A DNA stretch of 37,420 nt from Candidatus Phycocordibacter aenigmaticus (GTDB taxonomy: Bacteria > Patescibacteriota > Minisyncoccia > Phycocordibacterales > Phycocordibacteraceae). The notes below the pieces were generated by a model, which searched no databases, was not told the DNA's origin, and saw only the letters and a list, made by a program, of their open reading frames with translations. A program made the position numbers and the translations under genes. Where the stretch lies: the NCBI GenBank assembly GCA_045401115.1, contig CP174359.1:613247-650666 (forward strand), in the 5' to 3' direction. Of the stretch, positions 28,125 through 37,420 are shown one piece after another. The number at the start of each line of letters is the position of its first letter. Within the stretch, counting starts at the first letter, position 1.

Positions 28125-28598
28125 CTATTTATTATTCCGCACCTGCTGTTTTTTATACTCCGCACTCCACCCTACAAAATTAGTCAGGAGTTGCATAAAT
28201 GTGGCAAGTCCACTCAATGCAAGCACAAAGATAAAGAACCACAAGAACGGAGAAGTAACGTACGCAACGACAACCACCAACGCAAACCAAAGACCGGCAC
28301 ACCATGGACAATTTATAAGCGTTTTAATTGTTCCTAAAAATGTACGCGGCGCACCATCCTCAAATAAATCGCGGATCCATTGTGTAATGGAATCATACAC
28401 AGCAAGACGTGTGAGACGGAATATTGCTAATGCCATGATAATGGTGTCCCATACAGAGATAGTAGCGAGTGCGCCACTTGATGCCTCGACAAGACGAAAG
28501 CCGAGGTACATCAAATACACAAAAAAGAAAATAAAAAATAAATTCCACCAGTCAATACGACGACGCACTTGTGTTACTTGTTCACTGTCTTCAATCAT
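28125..28598 (-). CDS. DUF1360-family membrane protein
   Basis: LA.FRLTRL.VYD.I...IR, L..CPWC.G.W. Confidence 0.85.
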   Translation of the reverse strand: MIEDSEQVTQVRRRIDWWNLFFIFFFVYLMYLGFRLVEASSGALATISVWDTIIMALAIFRLTRLAVYDSITQWIRDLFEDGAPRTFLGTIKTLINCPWCAGLWFALVVVVAYVTSPFLWFFIFVLALSGLATFMQLLTNFVGWSAEYKKQQVRNNK

Positions 28599-28650
28599 AT
28601 ATATTGTTTATTATACTTCCCGCAATAATACCATGTACTCTATTCTCTCC

Positions 28651-28795
28651 GCCCACAGCCGCAACCTTACAAAAATGTGCCTCGGAGAGGCGCTGCGCCC
28701 AAAAAGGCGCTTGTCGCGCACGCACCTTACAAAATATTCGTACCATGCAATTTTTTTAAAGCAAGAAAGCAATGTTGCGGCGGGACTACGCGATT
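28651..28795. repeat. Structured intergenic repeat, copy 1
   Basis: GCCCACAGCCGCAAC...GAGGCGC...GCACCT...GCAATGTTGCGGCGGGACTA..CGATT; homologous to 34810-34969. Confidence 0.8.
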
Positions 28796-28857
28796 GAATG
28801 AGTAACCTCTCAATCACTTCGTTTTCCTATAAAACATAGTATTCTGAAACAACCTTT

Positions 28858-29517
28858 ATGATTACTGACCCGCAAGAAGATTACGCACGTGGTGAAATAC
28901 CTTTTCTTGGCGTAACAGTACGTCTTGATTCAAAACCGCTCATCCCCCGCACTGAAACCGAATATTGGACTGAACAAGCCATCACTGACATGTCCGGCGT
29001 CGGACACCGAACATGTCAGGTGTTGGATTTGTTTAGTGGTAGTGGTTGCATTGGACTTGCAGTGCTCGCCCACATTCCAGGTGCACACGTCACGTTTGCA
29101 GATAAAGAAGCACGACACTTCCCCACTATCCAAAAAAGTATAACGCTCAATGGAATTGATTCAGCGCGCGTTACGTTTATAGAAAGCGATGTGTGGAGCA
29201 GTATTTCCGGAGCATTTGATGTGGTACTCGCAAACCCGCCCTATATTTCCAGAGAACGTGCTACTGCGTCAGAAGACGTTATTGGATATGAACCACACGA
29301 AGCACTCTTTGCTGACGATGATGGGTTTGCATTGATTGAGCAATTTTTGCACGACTTACCATCACATATACATAAAGGAGGAACTGCCTGGATTGAACAC
29401 GAACCATTTCAAGCAACACGTATTACTCAGGTTGCCGCTACACACGGTTTTTCCGCAACAACGCATACCGATCAATACAACATTAAACGCTACACGATAT
29501 TACGACATATGGCATAA
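28858..29517 (+). CDS. prmC: HemK/PrmC-family glutamine N5-methyltransferase (N-terminally short)
   Basis: LIPRTETE, LDLFSGSGCIG, NPPYI, EP..ALF....G. Confidence 0.88.
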   Translation: MITDPQEDYARGEIPFLGVTVRLDSKPLIPRTETEYWTEQAITDMSGVGHRTCQVLDLFSGSGCIGLAVLAHIPGAHVTFADKEARHFPTIQKSITLNGIDSARVTFIESDVWSSISGAFDVVLANPPYISRERATASEDVIGYEPHEALFADDDGFALIEQFLHDLPSHIHKGGTAWIEHEPFQATRITQVAATHGFSATTHTDQYNIKRYTILRHMA

Positions 29518-29529
29518 TAGATATATCTT

Positions 29530-29733
29530 ATGAACGAATTCAACATTGCAATGGTGTTATGGCCGTTTTTCTGGCTCGGTATGGTGGCGGTGCTTTTCTA
29601 TGGCTTTTCTTTGTTGTATCACTGGATACGTTTCGGATCTATGTACCCCCTTGTGTGGGCTGCTTTGCCAATATACGCGATTGGCACAGTGATATTGATT
29701 GGCGCCATGATCGCCGGTATTGCTGCCGTGTAA
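29530..29733 (+). CDS. Small two-TM membrane protein
   Basis: 67-aa hydrophobic ORF with L.YHW.RFG. Confidence 0.65.
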   Translation: MNEFNIAMVLWPFFWLGMVAVLFYGFSLLYHWIRFGSMYPLVWAALPIYAIGTVILIGAMIAGIAAV

Positions 29734-29744
29734 GTATGTAATAT

Positions 29745-30283
29745 ATGAAAAAAGAAATTCGCCTAAAAGATTTTAAACCTGACGAACACGTGCTTATTGT
29801 GGTGCGACGACATTGGTTTGTATTCTTCAGACAAATCATTGGACTCATGCTTCTCTTTTTATTCCGTTTTTTGCCGTGCCAATTCTGAGTCTCTTCATCA
29901 CATCAGGTGGCGTTGATATTCCAAATGGTCTTGGGTTCTTCTTTGCATCCCTCTGGGCACTTATTTTGTGGCAAATGCTCTTTGCGCGATGGACTGATTA
30001 TTACTACGACGTGTGGATTGTCACTAACTGGCGCATTATTGATATTGATCAAAACGGTTTTTATAGCCGCAACATTGCAACATTACTTAACTTTGAACAC
30101 ATTGAAGATATCACCACCCATGTAAAATCAGTTATCGGTACATTTCTTAATTTTGGTAGTGTACAGATACAAACTGCTGCGGCAAAACGTGAATTTATTT
30201 TTGAAAGTGTCTCGAATCCACGAAATGTTGAAGCGGTTATTAGAAAAGCACAAGAACGTTATCTTGGACTTCATAAAAAATAA
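29745..30283 (+). pseudogene. Bacterial PH-domain (bPH_2-like) membrane protein with a one-base frameshift at T5 29856-29860
   Basis: Frame 1 MKKEIR..E.V..VVRRHWF joins frame 2 ..W.DYYYDVWIVTN.RIIDI.Q.GF..FG.V.IQTA if one T is added. Confidence 0.75.
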
Positions 30284-30291
30284 TCATACCT

Positions 30292-31545
30292 ATGGCACAG
30301 CAATACCAACCATATAAAGGCGTTCGTGATTTTTACCCACGTGAAAAAAGGTTTCAACAATACCTTTTTTCTATTATGGAGAAAACAGCTGAGTCGTTTG
30401 GTTATGAAGCGTATGATGCATCATTACTTGAACCGACAGAACTATATACTACAAAAACCAGTGAAGAAATTATCACTGAGCAGACCTATACATTTACCGA
30501 CCGAGGTGGACGTTCAGTAACACTCCGTCCCGAAATGACTCCTACAGTAGCGCGTATGGTTGCGCAAAAACGACGCGAACTTGGATTTCCTCTGCGTTGG
30601 TATTCTATTCCTAACTGTTTCCGTTATGAACGTCCACAAAAGGGTCGTGGCCGAGAATTCTGGCAATTGAACGTTGACCTCTTCGGTGTTGAAGGTATGA
30701 CTGCTGATGCTGAAATTATTGAACTTGCCTACAGTATCTTAAAGAATTACGGAGCAACGGATGATATGTTCACCATTAAAGTTGCTGATCGAGTACTCCT
30801 TGAAACTGCTTTTGATGCTGTTGGTATGGATAAAGAACAGAAAAAAGCATACCGACAGCTACTCGATAAAAAACGAAAATTGTCTGACAGCGAATTTAAA
30901 GAAGCGTCGGCAAAGATTACCGATACTGACCCTATCGCGCTTATTGAAGGCACTGATGACAGCGTTAAAGAAGCAGAGTGCGCTGTACGTGACTTAGTGG
31001 AGACACTTCACGCGCGAGGGGTTACTAATGTAGAGTTTGACCCGTCTATCGTACGCGGATTTGATTACTACACTGGTGTGGTGTTTGAGATATTTGATAC
31101 AAGCGGTGAAAATCTTCGCTCAATCTTTGGCGGAGGTCGCTACGATTATCTCGTAGAAGAGTACGGCGGCGATCATGTACCGGCAGTTGGTTTTGGTATG
31201 GGTGACATGACCACACAGGATTTCCTTATTACCCATAACCTCCTACCTGAAGATCGGGCTACCGCTGATATATACCTCGCACCAATTTCTGAGGCGGATG
31301 TCGAACACGCAGCTGGTGTTGCTGCTTTTTGGCGTGAAAAAGGAGTGAATGTTGCACTTGGAATACATCACGATACAATAGCTGCGCATGCTAAAGCTGC
31401 TCGAAAACTCGCCATCCCCTACTTAATTGTGTACGGAGAAGACGAAGCTAAAAGCGGCATGCTACGTGTCAAAGATCTTCACACCAAAGAGGAGCAAGAA
31501 GTGACCCTTGAAGATGTCCCCCGTGTAGTCTATCGAGACGTGTAA
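30292..31545 (+). CDS. hisS: Histidine--tRNA ligase
   Basis: KGVRDF, LRPEMT, FRYERPQKGR.REF.Q, RGFDYYTG, GGGRYD. Confidence 0.97.
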   Translation: MAQQYQPYKGVRDFYPREKRFQQYLFSIMEKTAESFGYEAYDASLLEPTELYTTKTSEEIITEQTYTFTDRGGRSVTLRPEMTPTVARMVAQKRRELGFPLRWYSIPNCFRYERPQKGRGREFWQLNVDLFGVEGMTADAEIIELAYSILKNYGATDDMFTIKVADRVLLETAFDAVGMDKEQKKAYRQLLDKKRKLSDSEFKEASAKITDTDPIALIEGTDDSVKEAECAVRDLVETLHARGVTNVEFDPSIVRGFDYYTGVVFEIFDTSGENLRSIFGGGRYDYLVEEYGGDHVPAVGFGMGDMTTQDFLITHNLLPEDRATADIYLAPISEADVEHAAGVAAFWREKGVNVALGIHHDTIAAHAKAARKLAIPYLIVYGEDEAKSGMLRVKDLHTKEEQEVTLEDVPRVVYRDV

Positions 31546-31606
31546 CCACAAAGAATGTCCCCGCTAAAAAACGACGCTATGGTGCCGGATACCCTATGAG
31601 TATTAT

Positions 31607-32175
31607 ATGAGAAAAATAACTTTTGATATCGAAACCACTGACGCGGCACCTGGCCGTATTGATCCAAACACTATGGAGCTTGCCATTATTTGTATTCACG
31701 ATTCAAAGACTGATACATATGATTCATTTACTCAAGAAGAGCTCCCCGTCTTTGGCCTATTCTAGAAACCTCTGACGCGCTGATTGGTTATAACTCAGAC
31801 CATTTTGATATACCTATCCTTGATAAATATTATCCCGGTGACCTAACGCAGATTAAAAGTATCGACATACTAGTGAGTGTACGTGAATCATTAGGACGTC
31901 GGCTTAAACTAGATTCAATTGCTGAAGCAACGCTTGGAAAGAAAAAAACCGGTCATGGATTAGACGCGGTAACGTGGTGGAAAGAAGGAAAAGTTGATAA
32001 AGTACGTGCCTACTGTCTAGACGATGTACGTATTACTAAAGAAGTATATGAATATGCAATCAAACACGAAAAACTGAAATATATGGATTTTAAAGAGAAG
32101 AAAACATTCCCTATTGATACAACGCCGTGGACCCTGGAAGAAAGTACCGCAATGAATCATACCCTGCCATTTTAA
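31607..32175 (+). pseudogene. DEDD/RNase H-like 3'-5' exonuclease (YprB/RNase_H_2-like) with a one-base frameshift at C4 31744-31747
   Basis: Frame 1 MRKITFDIET..EEL joins frame 2 (P)RLWPILE..IGYNSDHFDIP..YCLDDV if one C is added; Exo I-III motifs are all present. Confidence 0.8.
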
Positions 32176-32205
32176 AAACATTCCAATTACATTGGAGTGT
32201 TTTTA
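32173..32205. terminator. Bidirectional terminator
   Basis: TAAAAACATTCCAAT-TAC-ATTGGAGTGTTTTTA between convergent genes. Confidence 0.6.
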
Positions 32206-33006
32206 AAACCAAATAATACCGAGAATAATCAAAGCTAAAATTAAACGGTACACAATAAACACATTCAAGCTGTGGTGCCGTAAGAATGTAATAAGGAAGT
32301 GTATTGCGGCAAGACCACTCACAAATGCCGCGATGGCACCGGTAAACAGTGCGCTACTCTGCGCAGCAAACATATCTGAACCAGAGAGGCCGATAAACTG
32401 CACCGCTCCAGCGCCGACGATGACCGGAAACGCAAGGAGGAAAGAGAAGCGCGCGGCTTTCTCACGTGAAAGTCCGAGTAACAACCCGCCTGAAATGGTA
32501 GCACCACTGCGTGACATACCGGGAATAAGTGCGAGTGCTTGAAATAAACCAATCACAAAACCTGAAGAGACTGAAAGTTTTTTTGCTTGTGTAGCAAAAC
32601 GCTCAGCAACAAAGAAAAGTACTGAACCAGCAATAAGACCATACGCAACAAACGCCGGGCCACGGAGTACATGTTCAATATAATCCTTAAAAAATAAACC
32701 CCCTATCACCACTGGTATGGAACCGAGCATGAGTGCAAACATAAGTATCTTATCTTCACGTGCCACCACTCCTCCAGTAAAGAATACAAAAAACGTCCGT
32801 ATTAAACGTGCAATATCTTTTCTAAAATACACCAATACCGCTAATGCAGTGGCGAGGTGAAGCACCGCATCTACCGCAAGTCCATACTCAGGGTTAATAC
32901 CCAACACTGAGCGTGCCAAGATTAAATGACCAGTGGATGATACTGGAATAAATTCAGTTAGTCCTTGTACTACACCAAGAGTAATAAATTGAAAAAAGTC
33001 GATCAT
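32203..33006 (-). CDS. uppP: Undecaprenyl-diphosphate phosphatase (BacA)
   Basis: QGLTEFIPVSSTGH, PGMSRSGATI, AARFSFLL. Confidence 0.97.
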   Translation of the reverse strand: MIDFFQFITLGVVQGLTEFIPVSSTGHLILARSVLGINPEYGLAVDAVLHLATALAVLVYFRKDIARLIRTFFVFFTGGVVAREDKILMFALMLGSIPVVIGGLFFKDYIEHVLRGPAFVAYGLIAGSVLFFVAERFATQAKKLSVSSGFVIGLFQALALIPGMSRSGATISGGLLLGLSREKAARFSFLLAFPVIVGAGAVQFIGLSGSDMFAAQSSALFTGAIAAFVSGLAAIHFLITFLRHHSLNVFIVYRLILALIILGIIWF

Positions 33007-33054
33007 AATTATGGTATTATGCTTCTCAGATTACCACACCGTAACTCATCGTAT

Positions 33055-33750
33055 ATGAATCAAAACATTGCTATCCCCGTCGCCATAATTATAGCGGCTG
33101 CTTTAGTGGCCGGCGCACTCTTCCTTGGTGGTAGAGCTGCAAACCCCACTGAAAATCAAAACCAACAACAGGCACGGACTAATATAGACGTACCTGCAAT
33201 AACTGCTGCCGATCATATTCTTGGCAACCCTGATGCAGAGGTTGTTATTATTGAATACTCTGACCTTGAATGTCCATTCTGTAAAGAATTCCATACAACC
33301 ATGAAGCGTATTATGCGTGAGTATGGAGAATCAGGAGATGTTGCATGGGTATACCGCCACTTCCCCATTACCCAGCTCCATCCAAACGCACCACGCCTTG
33401 CTGAAGCAAGTGAATGTGTTGCTGAACTTGGAGGTGATACAGCATTCTGGGACTTTATTGATGAAATCTTTGTGCTTGCTCCAGGACAGGCACGCTTCCC
33501 TATGGACCAGTTAACCGAAACTGCAGGAAACGTTGGCGTTGATGAAGCGGCATTTGACACATGTCTGGCAAGCAATACGTACCAAGATATAGTGGCGCAA
33601 CAGTTTGATGACGCACGCACTGCGGGCGCTCAAGGTACGCCACATAATATTATTCTTATGAAGAACGGCGACACAGTAGAAATGGCTGGTGCACAAGAGT
33701 ATGGGACCGTGAAGAATGTCATTGATACCATCCTTGCTGAAACACGTTAA
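33055..33750 (+). CDS. DsbA/BdbD-like thioredoxin-fold disulfide oxidoreductase
   Basis: N-terminal anchor, EYSDLECPFC, YRHFP, GTP; start set at ATG 33055. Confidence 0.92.
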   Translation: MNQNIAIPVAIIIAAALVAGALFLGGRAANPTENQNQQQARTNIDVPAITAADHILGNPDAEVVIIEYSDLECPFCKEFHTTMKRIMREYGESGDVAWVYRHFPITQLHPNAPRLAEASECVAELGGDTAFWDFIDEIFVLAPGQARFPMDQLTETAGNVGVDEAAFDTCLASNTYQDIVAQQFDDARTAGAQGTPHNIILMKNGDTVEMAGAQEYGTVKNVIDTILAETR

Positions 33751-33773
33751 TACAAGCGAGTACGTAACGAATT

Positions 33774-33804
33774 AAAAACTCCGCGTTTTTCGTGGAGTTT
33801 TTTT
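33774..33804. terminator. Bidirectional terminator
   Basis: AAAAACTCCGCG-TTTTT-CGTGGAGTTTTTTT between convergent genes. Confidence 0.7.
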
Positions 33805-34654
33805 ATGTCGTAGATGGGTTAATAAGATCCATGCGATAAATTTCAAAAGAATCTTTTCCTTCAAACATATCAGACGGGTTTGGAAGATAGGCGCGCGGGC
33901 GCCCAATTTCATCTGTTGCATCCTTAAGGAGCCGATGAAAGAGCGCGAAATCATCCTGACACTCATCGAAGTGAATCACATGCCGCCGCATTTGGCTTTT
34001 CCCATTCCTATTTTTCTTTTTCTTACACTCCTGAAAAATAAAACGCTTAATCGGCATTTCGTATTCGCTTTGCACTGTGTAGTAGTTAAAAAGTGCCTGT
34101 AAGGTAAACAGTGGATTTGCGCCGCCTAATTCACTAAAAGAATCAACAAATTTATGGTCAATAATATCAAGAGCGCCGGGGTTACTAGGCGAAGTGACCA
34201 CCAAGTCGGAGACCGCTTTAATAGGAAGCGGAATGCCGGGCACCTTTGCTAAACCCATTACTTCGACTCCTCGCACGTCATGTCGTGGTGCACGTTTAAG
34301 ATAGTAGCCAATCGCCCGAAGATACTCTTCTTCCATTTTTTTACGTTTAACCTTCTGTGCACGAAGACTCTTGGCAACCCCAAAATTAATTTCAAAATCA
34401 GGAATGGCTTGTAAGTATGCTAGTCCCATGCCGATTGCTCGTTCCTTATCAGCACGTGTTGGATTTTTGGTTGAATAGAAATGTTCTAGTGCTTTGTGAC
34501 CTGCACGTCCAATTGCTGCGGCAGGTCCAGCTGGAATATCATAGATACGCTCTACATATCGTTTATGCCACGCTAATGGATTACGTAAGAACGAGAGTAA
34601 GGATGAGTAGCTCCAATGCTCGATAGGATACGTACTCTTCTTTTTTCGTGCCAT
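33803..34654 (-). CDS. PD-(D/E)XK nuclease superfamily protein (AddB/RecB C-terminal-like)
   Basis: SYS.L..F, G.A.H.ALE, E....., SDLV...IIDHK, Q...Y; start set at ATG 34654. Confidence 0.8.
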   Translation of the reverse strand: MARKKKSTYPIEHWSYSSLLSFLRNPLAWHKRYVERIYDIPAGPAAAIGRAGHKALEHFYSTKNPTRADKERAIGMGLAYLQAIPDFEINFGVAKSLRAQKVKRKKMEEEYLRAIGYYLKRAPRHDVRGVEVMGLAKVPGIPLPIKAVSDLVVTSPSNPGALDIIDHKFVDSFSELGGANPLFTLQALFNYYTVQSEYEMPIKRFIFQECKKKKNRNGKSQMRRHVIHFDECQDDFALFHRLLKDATDEIGRPRAYLPNPSDMFEGKDSFEIYRMDLINPSTT

Positions 34655-34809
34655 GCCTCTATTGTACCGTTTAACCGTATCTATTAAAAACAACCCCCTG
34701 AGGGAGTTGTGTATCTAAAAAAAACCGCTGACATCCTTAAGAGAAGTTATTCAAATCGATGAAATGCGAGACCCCACTCTAGGGTTGTAATGAAGACCGA
34801 AGTTATTTT

Positions 34810-34969
34810 GCCCACAGCCGCAACTTTGCAAAACAGGAAAGCGGTGAGGCGCTTCGCGCAAAAGGGATGTGCTATTCGCACCCGCACCTCACAGAACAAA
34901 GAAAAAAGCCGGTGGTGTGACCGGCTCTTTTTTTATAAAAAAGCAAAGTTGCGGCGGGACTAAACGATT
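34810..34969. repeat. Structured intergenic repeat, copy 2
   Basis: GCCCACAGCCGCAACTTTGC...GAGGCGC...GCACCTC...GCAAAGTTGCGGCGGGACTA..CGATT. Confidence 0.8.
34898..34934 (-). terminator. Intrinsic terminator after rpoD, nested in repeat copy 2
   Basis: AGCCGGT/ACCGGCT stem flanked by A and T tracts. Confidence 0.7.
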
Positions 34970-34978
34970 AAGAAGCTA

Positions 34979-36316
34979 CTAATAGCTTCTTAATCGTTTA
35001 GCGTTCTGGTGAGTACGAATTTTGTCTAATGCCTTCGCTTCAATTTGACGAATACGCTCACGTGTAACACCGAACTCCTGTCCCACCTCTTCTAGGGTGT
35101 GATATACACCATCCTCAAGCCCATGACGCATAGCAAGGATTTTTCTTTCTTTTGGTGTTAAATCATCAAGGATACTGTGTAGTTGTTCAACTAAAATACG
35201 ATGTGCGGTCTGTTGATCAGGGGCAGGTACGTTAGGATCAGCTACAAAATCAGCACGTTGCGATGCATCATCATCACCTCCTCCAGATGATGAAATAGGT
35301 GCTTCAAGAGAGAGTGTTTCCTGATTAATCTGCTCAATTTGGTAAATTTTCTCAAGGTCAACATTCATTTCAGCAGATACCTCTTCAGGCATTGGGTCAC
35401 GTCCGAGTGCTTGTTCCAAGCGACGCACCACCTGCTTGTACTTCGCGATTGTTTCAACCATATGCACAGGAATACGAATCGTACGAGATTGGTCTGCTAA
35501 CGCACGAGTAATCGCTTGACGAATCCACCATGTGGCATACGTTGAAAACTTAAATCCTTTCGTGAAATCAAACTTATCAACTGCTTTGAAAAGACCGAGG
35601 TTACCTTCTTGAATCAAGTCAAGCAGAGTGAGGTCGCTTGAGCGGCCAACATACTTCTTGGCAATAGAAACCACTAAACGCAGGTTTGCGCGAGCCAATA
35701 AATTCTTTGCCTCCATATCTCCCTCAGTAATTCGTTTTGCAAGGTCACGCTCTTCCTGAGCAGTGAGAAGTGGGTATTGTCCAATCTCACGTAGATACAT
35801 TTGAATAGAATCATGTGCACCACCTTCACCACGATAGCCGCCACGCATAACCACTTCATCTGGCACATCTTCAAGCATGCCGCCTGATTCAAGCACATCA
35901 ATACCTGAAGTAGAGAATCGATCGTAAAGTTCTTCAAGAAAATCTACTTCTTCTTCAATATTCGGGAATATTTTTAGGATTTCGTTATAGGTAATATAAC
36001 CTCGCTCCTTACCTTGCGCTAAAATTGCATCAGCTTTTGTTTCAAGTTGATCACGTTTTCTTGAACGACGTACTGTTTTCTTTACGGTTTTCTTTGCAGT
36101 CTTTTTAGCTGTCGTTTTTTTAGCTGTTCTCTTTGCTGTTTTCTTTGTTGTCGCTTTTTTAGCTGACGCTTTTTTTGCGGTTTTTTTGGTAGCGGTTTTT
36201 TTTGAACGTGTTGCGGTTTTTTTAGCTGTTTTCTTTTTTACTGCTTTTTTAGGCGCTGCTTTCTTTGCCACTTTTTTTGTGGTTTTTTTAGCTGTTTTTT
36301 TAACTTTTTTTGGCAT
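34979..36316 (-). CDS. rpoD: Primary sigma factor RpoD/SigA with a Lys/Ala/Thr-rich N-terminal extension
   Basis: Region 1.1 [11 protein letters not shown], 1.2 YLREIG, 2 [20 protein letters not shown], 4 [18 protein letters not shown]; start set at ATG 36316. Confidence 0.96.
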   Translation of the reverse strand: MPKKVKKTAKKTTKKVAKKAAPKKAVKKKTAKKTATRSKKTATKKTAKKASAKKATTKKTAKRTAKKTTAKKTAKKTVKKTVRRSRKRDQLETKADAILAQGKERGYITYNEILKIFPNIEEEVDFLEELYDRFSTSGIDVLESGGMLEDVPDEVVMRGGYRGEGGAHDSIQMYLREIGQYPLLTAQEERDLAKRITEGDMEAKNLLARANLRLVVSIAKKYVGRSSDLTLLDLIQEGNLGLFKAVDKFDFTKGFKFSTYATWWIRQAITRALADQSRTIRIPVHMVETIAKYKQVVRRLEQALGRDPMPEEVSAEMNVDLEKIYQIEQINQETLSLEAPISSSGGGDDDASQRADFVADPNVPAPDQQTAHRILVEQLHSILDDLTPKERKILAMRHGLEDGVYHTLEEVGQEFGVTRERIRQIEAKALDKIRTHQNAKRLRSY

Positions 36317-36459
36317 GTAGGAGGAGTATATAAAAATAAACACGCAACAAAGCCACCTAAAACGGCGGCTCTCTACGCTTATCACCCTATTGTAAAGTAA
36401 AATTAAATAAAAACAAGTCTTTTCTATTACCTTGGGGAAAAGTCGCTTTCTTAAAAATC

Positions 36460-37420
36460 CTACTCTGAAAGCGCTTGAGCAAGGGTATTAAGACGTTGAA
36501 GCGCCGCTTCTACCTCTTTTGCGTTGCCGTTATCCTCTGCTGCTTTGAGTTGCATCACCGCATCACGATAGGCAATCCGAGCTAATTCTTTCTTAAAATC
36601 GTCAAAAAGTTCATCAATAACGAGCATAAGTTCTCCTTTTCCTTCATGTTCATCAAGAAACAGATCCCCTTCTATTAAGGCGACTCGACTTTCATCAGGA
36701 GCATTTACAAGGGTGTCTATACGTTCTTTTCCTAAGAGATCAGTGAGGCGCATTAATACGGTTTCATGTAATTCATGGTCGCGTTGATCAAGTGCCTGCA
36801 CCAATCCAATGAGAAGCCGTTCAATAGAATCGCCGCGTGAAAGAAACGGCGCAGCGTGTTCTGGTGACTCATCGTTTTGTGGCGATGTAGTGGTAGCTTC
36901 TTGTGTTGCACGAGACGTTGTGTGAGTCGTGGATGGTTTGATTTTTTCTAACTCAGCAACAACAGCATCCTCTGGAATAGCGAGCGCTTTTGCTACCCGT
37001 CCGACAAAATGCGCTTGATCAATAGCGTTTGGAATACGCGCAACATATGGTAGGACGACCCGAGAAACTTCGAGTTTAAAACGACGCTCATCATACCCTA
37101 AGCTTTCTAAGTAGGAAAGATAGAAATCAACCACATGCTCCGCTCCTTTAATAACTGATTTCCACGCATCTATGTCCCGATTAATAATATCAGCCGGGTC
37201 TTCTCCTGACGGAAGTGTCGCTATTTTTACATTCAAACCCGTTTCAAGAGCAATCGCCGCAGCCCTTCCCGAAGCAGACACACCGGCACGGTCACCATCA
37301 AAAGCGAGTACGAGGTTTTCTGTATATCGTTTTATGAGTTGTGCATGTGCAGCAGTAAAAGCCGTTCCTGAAAGCGCGACAGTGTTTGTATATGATGTTT
37401 GATGTGCAAGAAGCACATCG
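36460..37420 (-). CDS. dnaG: DNA primase, C-terminal part (5' end outside the window)
   Basis: TOPRIM motifs VA.SGTA.T, FDGD.AG, DPAD; canonical dnaG-rpoD order. Confidence 0.93.
   Translation of the reverse strand, partial: DVLLAHQTSYTNTVALSGTAFTAAHAQLIKRYTENLVLAFDGDRAGVSASGRAAAIALETGLNVKIATLPSGEDPADIINRDIDAWKSVIKGAEHVVDFYLSYLESLGYDERRFKLEVSRVVLPYVARIPNAIDQAHFVGRVAKALAIPEDAVVAELEKIKPSTTHTTSRATQEATTTSPQNDESPEHAAPFLSRGDSIERLLIGLVQALDQRDHELHETVLMRLTDLLGKERIDTLVNAPDESRVALIEGDLFLDEHEGKGELMLVIDELFDDFKKELARIAYRDAVMQLKAAEDNGNAKEVEAALQRLNTLAQALSE

Noticed and set aside
28201-28817. ORFs 28201-28797, 28571-28759 and 28611-28817
   Set aside because: Antisense to DUF1360 and/or running through the intergenic repeat; no protein-like features.
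33803-34969. Cas4/CRISPR locus
   Set aside because: No repeat-spacer array, no other cas genes, and the nuclease lacks the Cas4 cysteine cluster.
36053-36316. DNA tandem repeat or assembly artefact in the T-rich stretch
   Set aside because: Units are imperfect with synonymous variation and remain in frame with rpoD.

Overview
Bacterial genomic window, most likely Patescibacteria/CPR (Parcubacteria-like). This is inferred from gene content (cupin GPI, short PrmC, two PUA-less TruB paralogs, SWIB, SET, DUF3467) and the general lack of Shine-Dalgarno motifs. Bases 1-3318 look like the AT-rich right end of an integrated element: an IS5-like N-terminal-domain ORF, a hypothetical gene, a pseudoknot-like inverted-repeat element, a small unannotated ORF and a large serine recombinase whose stop codon lies antisense inside a tRNA gene. 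That tRNA is tRNA-Asn(GTT), split between anticodon positions 35 and 36 by a 314-nt group I intron that carries an unusual 70-nt two-hairpin insertion in P4. A tRNA T-loop-like motif (TCGAACCT) recurs four times around and within the recombinase gene. The rest holds glmS, a D-2-hydroxyacid dehydrogenase, truB, gtrA, a complete predicted Na+-type V/A-ATPase operon in circularly permuted order (A-B-D-G-I-K-E-C-F) behind a long structured leader, SWIB, a second TruB-like gene, a sugar cluster (ROK kinase, two glycoside hydrolases, EamA, cupin GPI), SET, prmC, hisS, uppP, DsbA, a PD-(D/E)XK nuclease, rpoD with a histone-H1-like N-terminal tail and a partial dnaG. Two copies of a ~150-nt structured intergenic repeat and two single-base homopolymer frameshifts are also present. 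All assignments come from reading motifs and base-pairing by eye; no searches were run.
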